From Paragordius varius (lineage: Eukaryota > Animalia > Nematomorpha), in contig OZ176055.1 of assembly GCA_964247055.1 (NCBI GenBank), positions 5,704,001-5,768,000 on the forward strand: a stretch of 64,000 bases of DNA, given 5' to 3'. Below the pieces are notes generated by a model that was not told the DNA's origin, searched no databases, and saw nothing but the letters and a program-made list of their open reading frames with translations. Below are positions 38,001 to 58,798 of the stretch, piece after piece (within the stretch, counting starts at the first letter, position 1; the number at the start of each line of letters is the position of its first letter). A program made the translations under genes and the position numbers.

Positions 38001-41000
38001 ACGATCACGGCTGGTGAAGAGTAGCAAGATAAATAACATATATATCATTTATAAAAAAAATTTTTAATAAAACGATAAAAATTATGTCAAATTTATTAAA
38101 TAATATGAAAATTAAACTGAAAATTATGAAAATTTAATTTTTTTAATTTTCGTACTTTGTTAATTTTATATATATATTTTAAAATAGAGATTCCGCGCTG
38201 TTATGGCCAAATGCCTTATATTTTGGTATCATTTTAAAAGTGGCCCATTTATTTTGATCTAAGATGAACCAACATAGAGCTTATAAGAAAAAATATTGTA
38301 TCTTACTATTCTTTTATGAAAATAAATTAATAAAACCATCATTATACTTTAAAAATATTATTTGGAACAACGGTTTTGAAAGCGGGAATTTGTTTATATG
38401 CGCAAACAAAAATTTGTAGCCATAATAAATAGTTTTGTAATCATTATTTTTTAATGGAATATTATAAGTGCGGAATTTATCGAAAGAAAATAATTAATAA
38501 ACCGTCGTTTGGATAAAGTTTTAGTTATTTTTTTAATTTTAGAATATATTTTTCATGACAATCTGTATATTTGCCGCTCAATACGAATGACAATTTTTTA
38601 ATTTCTTTTACAAATTTAAATTTAGTAAAATTGTGTGGGTGACGGCGAAGGATTGTTAAATAAGATTCGTATTAACGTCGTGAATAATGAAGGAAATGAA
38701 AATAAACTCAAATTTTTGCCCAATGGCATCATCAGGAGTTGTTAAAAAAAAGAACTTAAAATAAATTACAACAAAGAAAAAATGAAATGAAATTTTAAGT
38801 TTTTCTTTTAACAACTCCTGATGATGCCATTGGGCGAAAATTTGAATCTTTTATATTATTTTTATTTCCTTCATTATTCACGACGTTAATACGAATCTTA
38901 TTTAAATTTGGTATATTTGGACCTATTTTATGTTTATATTTTATTTCGAAAACTGGGAAAAATTAAATTTTTTTTAGAATCATTAAGATGAGTTAAAATG
39001 ATTATGTATAAAACTGTGGATTTAGGGTGACATTTATTATAATACTATCTCGACACCGAAGCAACCAATTTATGCCAAAGTAGTGTGAAAGCAAGCACAT
39101 ATGTATGTTTTAAACTATTGCTAAACCAATAAATTAAAAATCAGTAAGTGTTTATTAAAAACGTATGATAAGCGAAATTCGATTTATAATATTTATTCTG
39201 AAAAGCTAATTCTAATAATTTAATTTTAGAATCAATTATATTTTAAATATTCCAATATGTATGAGCCAATATATAATTTACCTTTAAGTAAAGGACACAA
39301 CTTAAAAGCCCTGGGTGGTCCGAAACCTGTAAACTGACCCAGACAAAGTTCCATGCAATACAATGGAAGTCCACATGCAATCAACATAAAAAAGTACGGG
39401 ATCAAAAAGGCGCCTAGAAAGAATGGACTTGTTTGTATATAATTAATATATCTTTAGAATATTTTATGAAATGTTGTTAGCATCAAGACTTATAAGAGTA
39501 ACAACCAAAATGTGTTTACAATTTATAGTTATATTATAAATTTTAAAGAAACATTTATTGAATTTAAGGATAAACATAAAAATAAATGAAAATAAAGCAG
39601 GGTTGAGTTCCTGACTTGAAATAATGGCCGGCCTTACCGTATATGTGTGCATTCAATAACGTGCTACTTAAAACAAAAAAAGCCCATTATCCTAATACTA
39701 ATATATTTACATAAAATTTAAAAATTTTAACATCCTTAAAATTTAATCATAATACTTTATAATTTTTGTATTCATTAAATAATATTTTTATTTACGAACG
39801 TGAATGTATTTACACCGGTTTGAACCAATCATAAATACTTGGATATATATATATATATATATAATATTGATTAGAAACACAAAAAACTCCTAAATTTTGG
39901 CTCAAAGGCAGAATACTATGAATAAACTCTCTTTTTACAATAATTTTAACAAAAATTTATAAAGGTTAAAATCTTAGGTTAGATAGAAATTTAAAATTTG
40001 TATAACAAAGTCCCAGCTTATAAAAAATAATATATCCAGCACAATAATCAAACCGATTCAATAATTTTAACCCGGTTAAAATGTTACAACAATATAATGA
40101 GGAATACGAACATAAATTGTTATTTTTTTTACAAATAATTTAAATATCCCAAATACTTCCCTATGTGTTTGGCTTTTTTAATAAATTAAATTGTCGAATT
40201 CACAAGTCCTTTTGGTTAATTTACCCTAAACATCTCTTATTTCCGATATACCCACAAAACCAGAATATTTCATATGCTAACATGACAACGTTTTTAAAAA
40301 CATACATAAATATGTTTTTTAAACTAAGCAGCATTTTTTGAAATATAATAAACAGCAATTATAAAAAAGGATAAAATGCTTCACAACTGACAAACTTTCA
40401 TATAACATCTTGTTAACAATTAAAAAGCGCATATTTATGCCAGTTTTTACATACAGTTAGATTTTACTGATAGCACGTTTCATATGAAGGAAGAAATTTA
40501 TTTTACTAAATATATTTTTTATCACCAATTTTATTATTAGTAAATGTCCAACAAAACGAATAAAATAAATTGTTGAAAGGTTTAAATTTTACCTGTTGTA
40601 AAAAATTATACCGTACCCTTCCCGCTCACATACCATCAAAATTTATCAAACATATGTTTATTGCGTAATATAACAAAAATATAAAATAATGGTATAATGA
40701 TTATATATTTAATAAAATATAGATTACCTTTTGATTTTTAAATGAACTGAATCAAATTTTTTGTAATATATATTTACATTAGAGTATTAAATGACTGTGG
40801 ACACCGGGAGCTGCTTGAGAAACAGTCGGGTCGATTTATGTTTTTTAACGGCCAAACACACCAAATATTAATGTATTTTTACAATCGCATTAAACATATT
40901 TTAGATAAAAAAAGATTTGTAATATATATGTCTATACCTCCTCCATTTTTATAGCAAACGTAAGGGAATCTCCAAATGTTACCCAAACCGACGGAAAATC

Positions 41001-41151
41001 CTATGCAGGACAGCAAAAATTCGGCATGGTTAGACCATGTGGCTCGTACAGGTTTTGATACTTTTCGTTCTCTTATGATATCATTGTCACATGTATCCTG
41101 TTTTTCTGTGTCAGAAGGTAGGATTGTAATAACGTTTGAATTGTTTTTCAT
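32036..41151 (-). CDS. SLC6: SLC6 (neurotransmitter:sodium symporter), amino-acid/glycine-transporter-like, 783 aa, 13 exons (40938-41151, 39282-39413, 37737-37864, 36480-36766, 36103-36241, 35839-35973, 35124-35352, 34491-34631, 34048-34154, 33821-33920, 33402-33508, 32644-32982, 32036-32329)
   Basis: Exons sum to 2352 nt in frame. Motifs [89 protein letters not shown]. Gly (not Asp) in TM1 indicates an amino-acid rather than monoamine carrier. Trp in unwound TM6 is glycine-transporter-like. Confidence 0.93.
33577..33791. mobile_element. Palindromic MITE in an SLC6 intron
   Basis: Inverted arms CTCTGTTAAATAATGTTATAAAC...AACTGAAAATGAACT / TTCAGTTTATTTTCAGTT...GTTTATAACATAATTTAACGGAA. Confidence 0.55.
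36792..37109. mobile_element. Second copy of the 21-bp-subrepeat foldback element (SLC6 intron 3), next to (TA)n
   Basis: Termini TACCATTTACA / TGCAAATGGTA. Tandem CCCTTGAACAATTCAAATTCA units in both arms. Central spacer is similar to that of 16671-17006. Confidence 0.8.
37940..38011 (-). tRNA. tRNA-His (GTG), in SLC6 intron 2 on the same strand
   Basis: GCCGTGATCGTATAGTGGTTAGTACATTGCGTTGTGGCCGCATTAACCCAGGTTCGAATCCTGGTCACGGCA: full cloverleaf, intact A and B boxes, GTG anticodon, then a T8 Pol III terminator (37931-37938). Confidence 0.95.
38656..38905. repeat. Near-perfect 250-bp inverted repeat (~105-bp arms), probably a foldback MITE, SLC6 intron 2
   Basis: TTAAATAAGATTCGTATTAACGTCGTGAATAATGAAGGAAAT...GCCCAATGGCATCATCAGGAGTTGTTAAA and its reverse complement. 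Confidence 0.8.
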
Positions 41152-41811
41152 TTATTCTGGGTTAAAATTGCAAAAGTAAATTTGATTTTACGAGACAATA
41201 GGAATGGAAAGGAAAAAATGTGATAAAAAGGCCTGAAGCTAAATAAAGAAAGAGCGTACACTCCCCCGCACACATATATACAAAATGAATGATGTTAAAA
41301 ATAATTTTTAAATTATTAATACGCGCAATATATTGCATAACATTGCGTCACAATGGCCAATAGCGATGATAAAACAAAGTTTTTACATGATAACATTTTT
41401 TATATCGCTAAGGCATTTTAAATATATAGATATTAATCCTCTTCTCTCGTAGCGTTTTGAATACGTCATGGGATATTTTTATAAATTTATGTTTTTTTCG
41501 GAAATATATTTATTACATTATTATAAATAACATATTAAACTAGATATGTATGATCGAAATATAAATTAATACATATCCCGAGGAAGTCGTTCGGACTTCT
41601 GGGAAGGGGGGGGGGGGGCTATTTGAAAAAAGGAATCAATAAAATGATTCATATATGTGGATTATTTAGAAACATTATTTAATAGCTATGATCTCATAGA
41701 TTTTCTAAATGTTGCATTCAAACTAATATATTGTTTACTGGTGTAACGGTTAACAGAAAAAACCGCTATACTATTATTTTTACCTTTTTATGCGTAATAT
41801 ATAAAGCCTTT

Positions 41812-42934
41812 ATGAACTCGTATGGCTTCTTAAGTTTTTTGAAAATCATCTCCACGCCATTTTTGTATAGCGTCTCAGTTTTAAACCGGTAGACCCCTAC
41901 CCATAGGCCTATATGGAAAAAGCGCTGAGACCATCGTCTCATGGGTTGTTCGAAAAAATACCTCAACACTAAATAAACGTTATATGATGGCGTCTTAGGG
42001 CATAAAGGCCCAAATTAAGGGCTAATAAAAAAAGGCCTGGCCTTAATTTTTACCTAGTTACGGGTATTTCGAACTTTAAATGAGCTCATATGGCATAAGT
42101 TTTCTTTAAAATAGTTGCAAAACAACGTATTTTCTATATAGTGGCGCAGTTTTTGGCGGGTAGCTCCCTACCCAGAGACTGATACAAAAAAAGCGCTTTT
42201 GCCTTTATACGGAGAATACCTGAAATCATGATTGATTCAATATGCTCTTATTAGTTTTTGGAAAAATTGCCTCAAAATTAAAAAATCATTCTATGGTGAC
42301 GCATTTTTCAGTGCGTGAAGGGCCTAATTATCGGCAAATTTAAAAAACCGCGATCTAAATTTTTGCCTTGTTACGGGTAATATTTTAAGCAGCTATTGAA
42401 CTCATATGACCTGATAGGTTTTCTGAAACTTAGTCCCAAAAGCACGCTATTTCGATATGACGGGTCATTTTTTCGCGGGTAGCTCCTTACTCAGCAGCTA
42501 TCATCAACCCTTGACTATGCCTAAATGTTTATTAAATTTTTACGGTCTCATACATTGGGCGAAAAATAGAATCAAAAAAATATTTTTGTGGACTTTGTTT
42601 TTTGAAAAAAAGGCATTTCACGGGGGTGCGGGTAGGCCTAAATTAAAAAAGCGAAACGACGATGTTCGGCGCAATCGAAAATAACTAAACAAAAATCATA
42701 TTTGAAATTAAATGGTTCAACATGTTCTTCGGAAAATTGTCTCAAAGACACGATTTTTGTGGACTTCTGTTTTCAAAAAAAACCGTTTTTCACACACGAG
42801 GTGGGCCCGAACTGGGGGCCTAATTCAAAAAAGGGCGAGTCTATTGTCGGGGCATTCATTAATGATTAAATTTTTTCGACATTTGAATTTGAATGGGTCT
42901 AACGGTTTTCCGTCCATTTTTATAAATATATAGA
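41812..42934 (-). mobile_element. Non-autonomous Helitron copy H2 (3'-truncated)
   Basis: On the minus strand the 5' end reads A|TCTATATATTTATAAAAATGG. Body is collinear with 53715-55857 and has GGGTAGCTCC(C/T)TAC repeat units. The hairpin/CTAG end is missing; left boundary approximate. Confidence 0.72.
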
Positions 42935-44199
42935 TTTTGGACACTCAAGTGTAAACTCAATTCTGACCATTTGTTATGTTTAACAATAACCCATATGTTC
43001 GCTAAGCAAAAAGTATTTTCAAATCACAAATACGACACTCAAGTGAAAGTTTTTATAAAGGAAAGGAGAAAATTGAGTTCAAATATCATGATTTCCAGAT
43101 ATGCACCGTTATAAAGTTTTAATGTACGACAATTAAATAAATTATAAACTGAATAATTTTAAGAGGTGGAAAAAATATAGGGAAACATACAACAAATTAA
43201 CCATCAATCTTCGATAATGAGTCTGTGCATGGAATCTAGAAACAAACTGATGTCGACTCAGAACTTTAATTAAACAGTCTTATTACAAACTTTAGTTTAA
43301 TATATATTCTTTCCGTTTTTCCAAAGTAGTATTGAGATCAATATTTTTGGTCGGCAGATTTGTTTGTATATAATTGTTATAGAAGAGTATATTTCATTTA
43401 TTATTAGAGTGTTTATTCCCGCATATATCAGGTATTATGAAGCATATAATTTGTTTTGAATAAATATGTAGATTATATCTATTATATATCTTAATAATGT
43501 ATTTTTATGCCTATTGTTCGTTGTAATATCATAGATAAAATAAAAATTAGAAGTTTTGGTCCAGCAATTTAGATTTTTTAAAATATTTGGACGTCCAAAC
43601 ACCATTTTTAGATTTTAAATTATACACCTTTAAATGAATGTTTGCATGTAAATTCTTTCATAGGCTTTAAAATTGGGCTGTTCGTCAAATATTACTTTTA
43701 TACCAGGGTGAAATATATGAACATGGCAGTATCTTTTTTGGAGGCTGAAATAGAATTTTTTGCCTGATAATATGTTTATGATCCAAAGTTATTTATGGTA
43801 CGCATGGTTGCTATAGAAGCAATACTTAGTGTATCGATAGAAAGATTTAGTCGTGTCAATTGAAACATTCAGAAAAAAACAAGCCGAAGCTTCGACCAAT
43901 ATTTGAAAAAGAATGAAAAAAAAGCTAAGAAAATGATGCTTTTTTGAAATAGGTCAATCCTCTACACCCCGTATATAAATTAAGTTTTTAAATAATAGTC
44001 CCTGTAAGTTATAAATTTCTAAAACGTATAAGTTTCTGATATTCTCCTTATATTGTTTTACCATTGCGATAATGGTGAGTGAGCCCCATTTTTGAATTAA
44101 TCCATTATTATGAAAAAAATAATTTTTCTTATCCAATTCTTGGCTTTAGAGCGCGATTTCGAAAAATGTGTTGTCTCAGTTAGTTCGAATAATGAATTT

Positions 44200-44400
44200 T
44201 ATTGTTAAGCAAACCGTTAGTTACTGAGCCCTTTTGGATTTAGGCCTTCAGTTCCCCCTACTTGTGATTTAAATATTAATGCTGCAGCATTCTTTTGGAA
44301 AACGTGTAGGACCTTTTGAAGTGGTATTTATTTTGTTAATGCCCCGCGGGTAATTAGGATATATTTTAAAGAGCCCCTCACTTCTTCCCCTCCCGTATAA
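44200..44400 (+). repeat. Old, diverged fragment of the same Helitron family (another probable fragment at ~190-460)
   Basis: AGGCCTTCAGTTCCCCCTA...GGAAAACGTGTAGGACC resembles H1 AGGCCTCCAGTTCGGCACCCC...GGAAAACGTGTGGGACC. Confidence 0.4.
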
Positions 44401-45013
44401 AAATAGAAATTAGTAAATATTGCCTTAAAAACTTTTTGGAAAATGTACAGGCCAATTCATTTTAAAAAATATTGATTGTGTTCCATGACAAATGTATTTT
44501 GAATATATTAATTAGATTAAACATTTAAAAGCCTATTTCAATTAAAAATCTCAGTATTTAATCGTAATATATATAAAGTTTTTACAACTACGATTTAAAA
44601 TAGGTTTTGAGTAAATAAAATATTTCATAGTTTTTTATGTAAGTTTCTATATTCGAAACAAAAGATACTATCAACCCGTTTCAGTATTAATATGCGATAT
44701 AACATGGAATATCGATGCAGAAATGCTATCGCATTAGATTTTAATTTTGGTAATTTGGCATAAGCATATACTTTTGGATAACTAATTTAATAATAAAAGC
44801 AAATATTTAGATATTTTACTTAACGCACTTTGTATTCGAAACACGGAAATATGTTTGCGCATATATTTTATTGATCACATAGTCCTAATAAAATTGGCCT
44901 ACATATAATTTTTGTTGTAATAGTAAAAGTAATTTATTATACACAAAAATATAATTTTATAATCCAAAAACACATATTGTCTTCATTTTTGTGTCATAAA
45001 ATCTGCAAACCTT

Positions 45014-52646
<7,633 letters not shown>

Positions 52647-53331
52647 TGATTTTATACAGTATTTTATAATATTATATATGTAAGCTAAATAAGGTTGGTA
52701 GTGTATTGCATTGGGAATATAAATACTTTATTAAATATCATCCGCAATTTTGTTGCAATTTCAGAGCATCTTGGCAATAATATTTGTGTTTTAGAATATT
52801 TAACCGCAGTTTGCGGAATATATATGCTATTAGCAATAATAATATTATTAATATTTATGAGTCTTTTTATAGCGGTAAAATAATTAAGTTTATATAATTG
52901 AGATTTGTGATATCCATATGGTTTGGTTTTTTCTAAAAAAAATTTTCTTTGATGATTTGGAATAAGTTTATATGCTTTCGGGGCAATAGTTTTTTGAACT
53001 CAAACAATATAGAATTAAAGTAAGTTACTAATACTAAACTTTCGCTAATTTTAAGTAAATTGTTAAATTTTATAACCAATATGTGGTGCAAAATTTAATT
53101 TTTATTATTTTGTTATCTTTTAGTTAAAATATTTCAGAAAATTATTTTGTTTTAAGTTAAAATATAATAATGGTAAAGTATTTCTTGTTTTGTCGAAGAT
53201 TATATGCTTTAGCATATAATCAGCGTACCTCATTGCCTAATATATATATTGTAAAAATTAGAAAGTAACGAGTTTATTGAGACTTTATTGTTTCGGTGAC
53301 TACCCCAGTCCTTTCTATTTATATTTTATTA

Positions 53332-55857
53332 CTAGCTGGCCCTGTCACGCTTCGCTGTGACGTAGTCTCTCCGATAATTATTCTTAATAATTTGCAACAA
53401 ATAGAGTTAATTGCGATAAAAAAATAATAAAAAACATATTTCTAAAAAGAATGTCTTTAATTATTAACGGGTTTTTGCATAGGCTCAAATATTGTTTACT
53501 CGAAATCGACCATAGTTAAACTGTCCCTTATTAAAGTTAATATTCCACTATGATTGGATTTATTTTAACATTTTCGTTTTATGAAATCATGGTCAAAGTT
53601 TTATTTTGAAATTGTGTTCATACACCTGTGATCAAGGGATATAAAAAATAAATTTTTGTGGTCCCTTTTAAAGGAAAGAAGATATTATAAGAATTCCCCA
53701 GAAATGTGTTTAACTGAACTCGTATGGTTTCTTAAGTTTTGGGAAAAGTAGCCGTCTCAGTTTTAAACAGGTAGCCCTACCCATAGACCTATATGGAAAA
53801 ATGCTGAATTAAATTCTTTGGCTTTATAGGGCAAATATTTGGAATCATCTTTGATACCATCGTCTCATGGGTTATTTGGGTTATTCGAAAAAATACCTCA
53901 ACACTAAATAATCGTTATATGATGGCGTATTTTTAGGGCATGAAGGCCTCAAATTAACGACTAATAAAAAAACGACTGACCTTATTTTTACCTGGTTACA
54001 GGAAATATTAGCTTTAAATGAGCTCATATGGCTTCATAAATTTTCTGTAAAATAGCTTCAAAACAACGCAATATCTACAGAGTGGCTCAGTTTTTGGCGG
54101 GTAGCTCCTTACCCAGGGGCAGGTATAAATAAGCGGTCGGCAAAATTTTTGCCTTTATATGGGGGATATCTGATCATGGATTCCATATGTTCCTATCAGT
54201 CTCATAGATTTTCTGAAATTTGGCTCCAAAGGCATGCTGTATCGATATGATGACGCAGTTTTACGCGGGTAGCCCCCTAACGAGGGAAACAAAAAAACGC
54301 TCGAATAAAATTTTGCCTTCCGGGTAATACCTGGAATCATGATTGATTCCATATGCTCTCGGGGGATTTTCGAAAAATTGCCTCAAAACCAATAAGTCAT
54401 TCTATGGTGGCGCATTTCCGATGCAAGGGCCTAATTAAGTAGTAATTTAATAAAACCGCTCTACATAAATTTTTGCCTTTTATGGCTAAAATTTCAAGCC
54501 CTTATTGAACTCATATGGCCTGATAAGTTTTCAAAAAGCCTCCAAAGTCACGCTGTATAGATTTGGTGGCGCAGATATAGGCGGGTAGCCCCCTACCCAG
54601 AGGCCAATATAAAAAAGACGTCCGATAAAAAGCTTTGCTTTTCTAGGGGAATACCTAAAATCATCACTCATTCCAAGTTCTTATTAGTTTTTGGAAGAAT
54701 GGCTTCAAAACTAAATAACTAAATGATAGCGAATTTTTTAAGGCGTAAAGGGTTTAATTAACAGTTAATCTAAAAAACCGCTCGACTTAGTTTTTGCCTT
54801 TATACGGGTAATATCATCAGGCCCTTATTAAACTGACATGATAAGTTTTCAGAAAATTAACTCCTAACCAACGCAATTTCGATATGGTGGCGCAGTTTTA
54901 GGCGGGTAGCTCCCTACTCAGAGGCCAATATAAAAAACTTCCGATAAAAATTTTTGCCCTTATAGAGGAATACCTAAAATCATCACTCATTCCATATGTT
55001 ATTAATAGTTTTTCGAAGAATGGCTTATAAACTAAATGATAACGCATTTTTAGGGCGTAAAGGGTTTAATTAACAGTTAATATAAAAAACCGCTCGACTT
55101 TAGTTTTTGCCTTTTTACGAGTAGTATCAGGCCCTTATTAAACTTATATGGCCTGATAAGTTTTTTGAAAATTAACTCCTAAACAACGCAATTTCGATAT
55201 GGTGGCCAGTTTTAGGCGGGTCTCTACTTGGAGGCTGATCCAAAAAAAGCGCTTGATAATTTTTGCCTTTTTAGGGAAAATACCTAGAATCGTGATTGAT
55301 TCCATACTCATTAGTTTTGGAAAAATTGCCTCAAAACTAAAAAATCATTCTATGGTGGCGCAGGCTTGAAGGGCCTAATTGAGGGCTAATTTAAAAAAAC
55401 CGCACGATAAGGAATACCTGAAATCCTCATTCAATTTTTACGGTCTCATACCTTGGGCAAAAAATGGATTCAAAAAATTATTTTTGTTGACTTTTTTTGA
55501 AAAAAATGGCATTTTACAAGGGGGGGCGGGTATAAAGACGGCCTAAATTAAAAAAGCGAGTTGACTATTTTCGGCGCAATCGAAAAAAAGTAAAAAAAAA
55601 TCATATTTGAAATCGAATGGTCTAACACTTTTCCCGGAAAATTGTCTCAAAGACACGATTTTTGTAGACTTCTGTTTTCAAAAAAACCGTTTTTTACACG
55701 GGGTGGGCCCGAACTGGGGGCCTAATTCAAAAAAAGGGCGAAGCTATTGTCGGGGCATTCATTATTGATTATATTTTTTCATATTTGGATTTGAATGGGT
55801 CTACCGGTTTTCCGGAAACAGATCACAAAGCCACCACTTTCCATTTTTATATATAGA
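53332..55857 (-). mobile_element. Full-length non-autonomous Helitron copy H3 (2.5 kb) with an internal repeat array
   Basis: On the minus strand: A|TCTATATATAAAAATGG at the 5' end; hairpin GTCACAGCGAAGCGTGAC then AGGGCCAGCTAG|T at the 3' end (AT target, no TSD). Internal units are marked by GCGGGTAGC(T/C)CC.TAC at about 54100, 54268, 54584, 54903 and 55217. Confidence 0.85.
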
Positions 55858-58798
55858 TTTGTTCTTGGGTAAAATAGGATTCAAAAAATATACGTGTCTG
55901 AAAAATAATACAGGTAATCTTGATTTTTTATTTACGCTTGCTTTATGAATGCGTCGATCATGGTCGAGTTATTTAAAATAAGCCCTTAAATTACACCGCC
56001 GTAAAATATGCATTAACCGCAAAAAGCAAGCCCTCGCTGAAAGCTCTCATTAGTTAGTCTAGAAACGTAAAAATAAAGAATGTTGCCTTTTGTCACTAAG
56101 CTTAATATGTCTATTAAAGTTAATTTTCATAATATTTCTGATAATTTACAAAATATATTCTTAATGTGCATGTACGGCATAAATCTTTGAAGAGTTTAAA
56201 AAATCCATTATACACTAATGTTAAGTATATATTATTTTAATTATAGTTTTAACTAAAGCTTTTGGGATACTATCATGTTAAATGGTAAAACCTTAAAAAT
56301 GCTTTTTATGCAAATGAAACTTCTAAAAGTTTCATTGGATGTTTTAATTTTTTAACTCTTTGATAAAATATATAATAATTATAAGTATTGATTATACTAA
56401 TATTTGTAATCAGCTGTTTGACGCTTGATTTTTGTTAATTTTCCTTAAAAAATTTACCAAAATAAAGTAAACGAACCTTAAAATTAATTTAAAGCGATAA
56501 AAAAGTTTAGCATCCAAATTATACAGAAGAAGTGTTTTTATGATAGATTGCGTTTTGTAGGAGGTACGCTTCAATATTTTGCTAAAATAATTTTTGAAAG
56601 TATGCATTTATTAAAAATATTATTAGTTGTATTTTTATGGCGCAATCTCAGCATTTTTGCGTTTATTTTATGTGAAATACCCCATTTTAGAAGAGCGAAG
56701 AATTTTAAGACTTCGAAGCTCACGTCTAAAAATTATTTTTAAGATATTGTTTTGCTTTTTAAATGCAGTTTATGATATCTTTTTGTGATCTTTTTTGGAA
56801 TGAAGCATTTAACTTGCACCAAAAATGTGCTTATTTTGTCATTTTTTGATATGGAGCACTTACCACAAACGTGCAAACTTTCTTTAATAATCCCAAGGGC
56901 CAAAATCAAAAGCACCATTCCCAACTAACTAAAATACATGTTAGGATTTAATTATTTTTAAGGGTTATTAAGCACCTTCCATTAGAAATTGTTTGCGCAC
57001 ACCTGAAATTTCGGCTCAGAAAAATGTGATATTTTAAAATTTGTACAGTGCTGCTTGCATATATGGTAATTTTAGCTTAAAAGCTCTTTCATGCAATTTT
57101 CTAAAAATTTAATGTTTTTATATCTTAAGTTCACATTCATCCCTTAAATCTTGAAAAATGCGATCTCCTTATTTAGTTTGCGAAATAAAATGGCACGCAT
57201 ATTTATAAATTTAGAAAAATATTTTTTGTATTACAAGCAAATTTGGCGATATTTTAAATTTTTAACATGATGTTGCAGGTTATTTAAATGTCGATTCACA
57301 AATAATTTTAACATAATATCTTTTTAAGCATCTTTATCTTCGAAAAAATTTTTTTATCTAAAATTGAAACAGTTGCTGTAAAACAATTAAATTTTAAAGT
57401 ATATCGCCTATTAACGGCAATAAATCATCACCAAATTAGATTAACAGAAATCTTGAAAAAATTTAGAATTCATAAATAAGGGATTGATTACCAACCATTG
57501 TTTGCAACACCAGAATTCGTAATCTACGCATTTTTTAACGAAAAAAACAGATTAAAATGTTTATCAGTCATTATCTTTATATATATCTGCAAACTATTAA
57601 ATTTTCATCCACTAAGTAACTTTTTCAAATGTGTTTTAATTTAACAACATGCATATTTATATAGTATTTTTCCCCCATTCCCTTTCCTTCGACTAAAAAG
57701 AATTTTTTTATTAGAATTTAAAAATAAAATGCAAAATTGTTTTTTAAAATTTGTTTAAAAGTTATTAAATTTGTTTGCTAGCCTCTCATTGCTATGTGCA
57801 AATTACTGCAACTCAAATTCTCTTTCTTGCATTAATCGTTAACCATGTGTTAGATGCGCTAACTTTTTTTCAAATAAAACTTTCTTTGTCTGATGACGCA
57901 TACTTTTTTAGCAAAATTAAAATACTTAGATCTTTTACAAATAATATTTTTTGCCCTTTAACAATGTCTAACAAACACCTTCTAATTCTACAAAATTATT
58001 ATTCCCCAGACGCTTGTGAGATGAGTCTCAAATAATTTATTCCAATGGATATATGCTTCTAACGGATAATTAGGTTCCGGTTTTTACTTTTCAACATTTT
58101 TTTTGTAATAATATTTGTTTTCATATATAAAAGAAAAATTAATGCGCATTTCGCCTGAGAAAAATATAAAAGTATACCATAAAACCCCTTCATTAAGTTT
58201 AATAATATGTAAGTTGTGTGGAAAGTTTTTACACAAACATACAAAAATTATTTTTAGCTTAAATATTTTGAAGGCATAAATCTTGCGACTTAGTTTTGGA
58301 TACCTTTAACGGCAATTTTCAAAAGTATAAATATCCAATTTAACAGCACAAATTTATTTGGGATGTCTTAACATAGCTTTTTTATTTTATTACAAAGATA
58401 ATATAACCCATAATAACACACATTATGATTTTTACAAAAATGTCGCTTTAATATACATGTAAAATATTGGGCCATTTGATGTGCTTTTATTTATATATTT
58501 TATTGTTCATCCTTTTTTCTTATTTTTTGTAAAATGTTATTTATTTTACATTTTCATAATATAATTATTTTTATGTAATAATATGAAGGCGTTAATATTT
58601 ATCACTTTATTTATAAAGACACACTTGTCGCTAATTAACTAAGTTTAAATATTTTTTGACACAAAATATCTAATTTTTATCCTTTGATTTTATATGTGTT
58701 TTAAATATGTTTTTACATATTTTTTCTCAAAAATACTTTAAATTTTGCAAATTAATTATGTCTCTCAGCCGTTTTACCAATAATATTTTTGTAGTTTT

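Noticed and set aside
37940-38011. tRNA-His with a T-T mismatch at the top of the anticodon stem as a pseudogene or SINE
   Set aside because: Acceptor, D and T arms pair, the promoter boxes and terminator are intact, and there is no SINE tail; most likely a normal tRNA gene.
43680-43940. Moderately GC-rich stretch between SLC6 and SPG7 as a hidden exon or retroelement remnant
   Set aside because: Translations I tried on both strands hit stops quickly and showed no recognisable motif.
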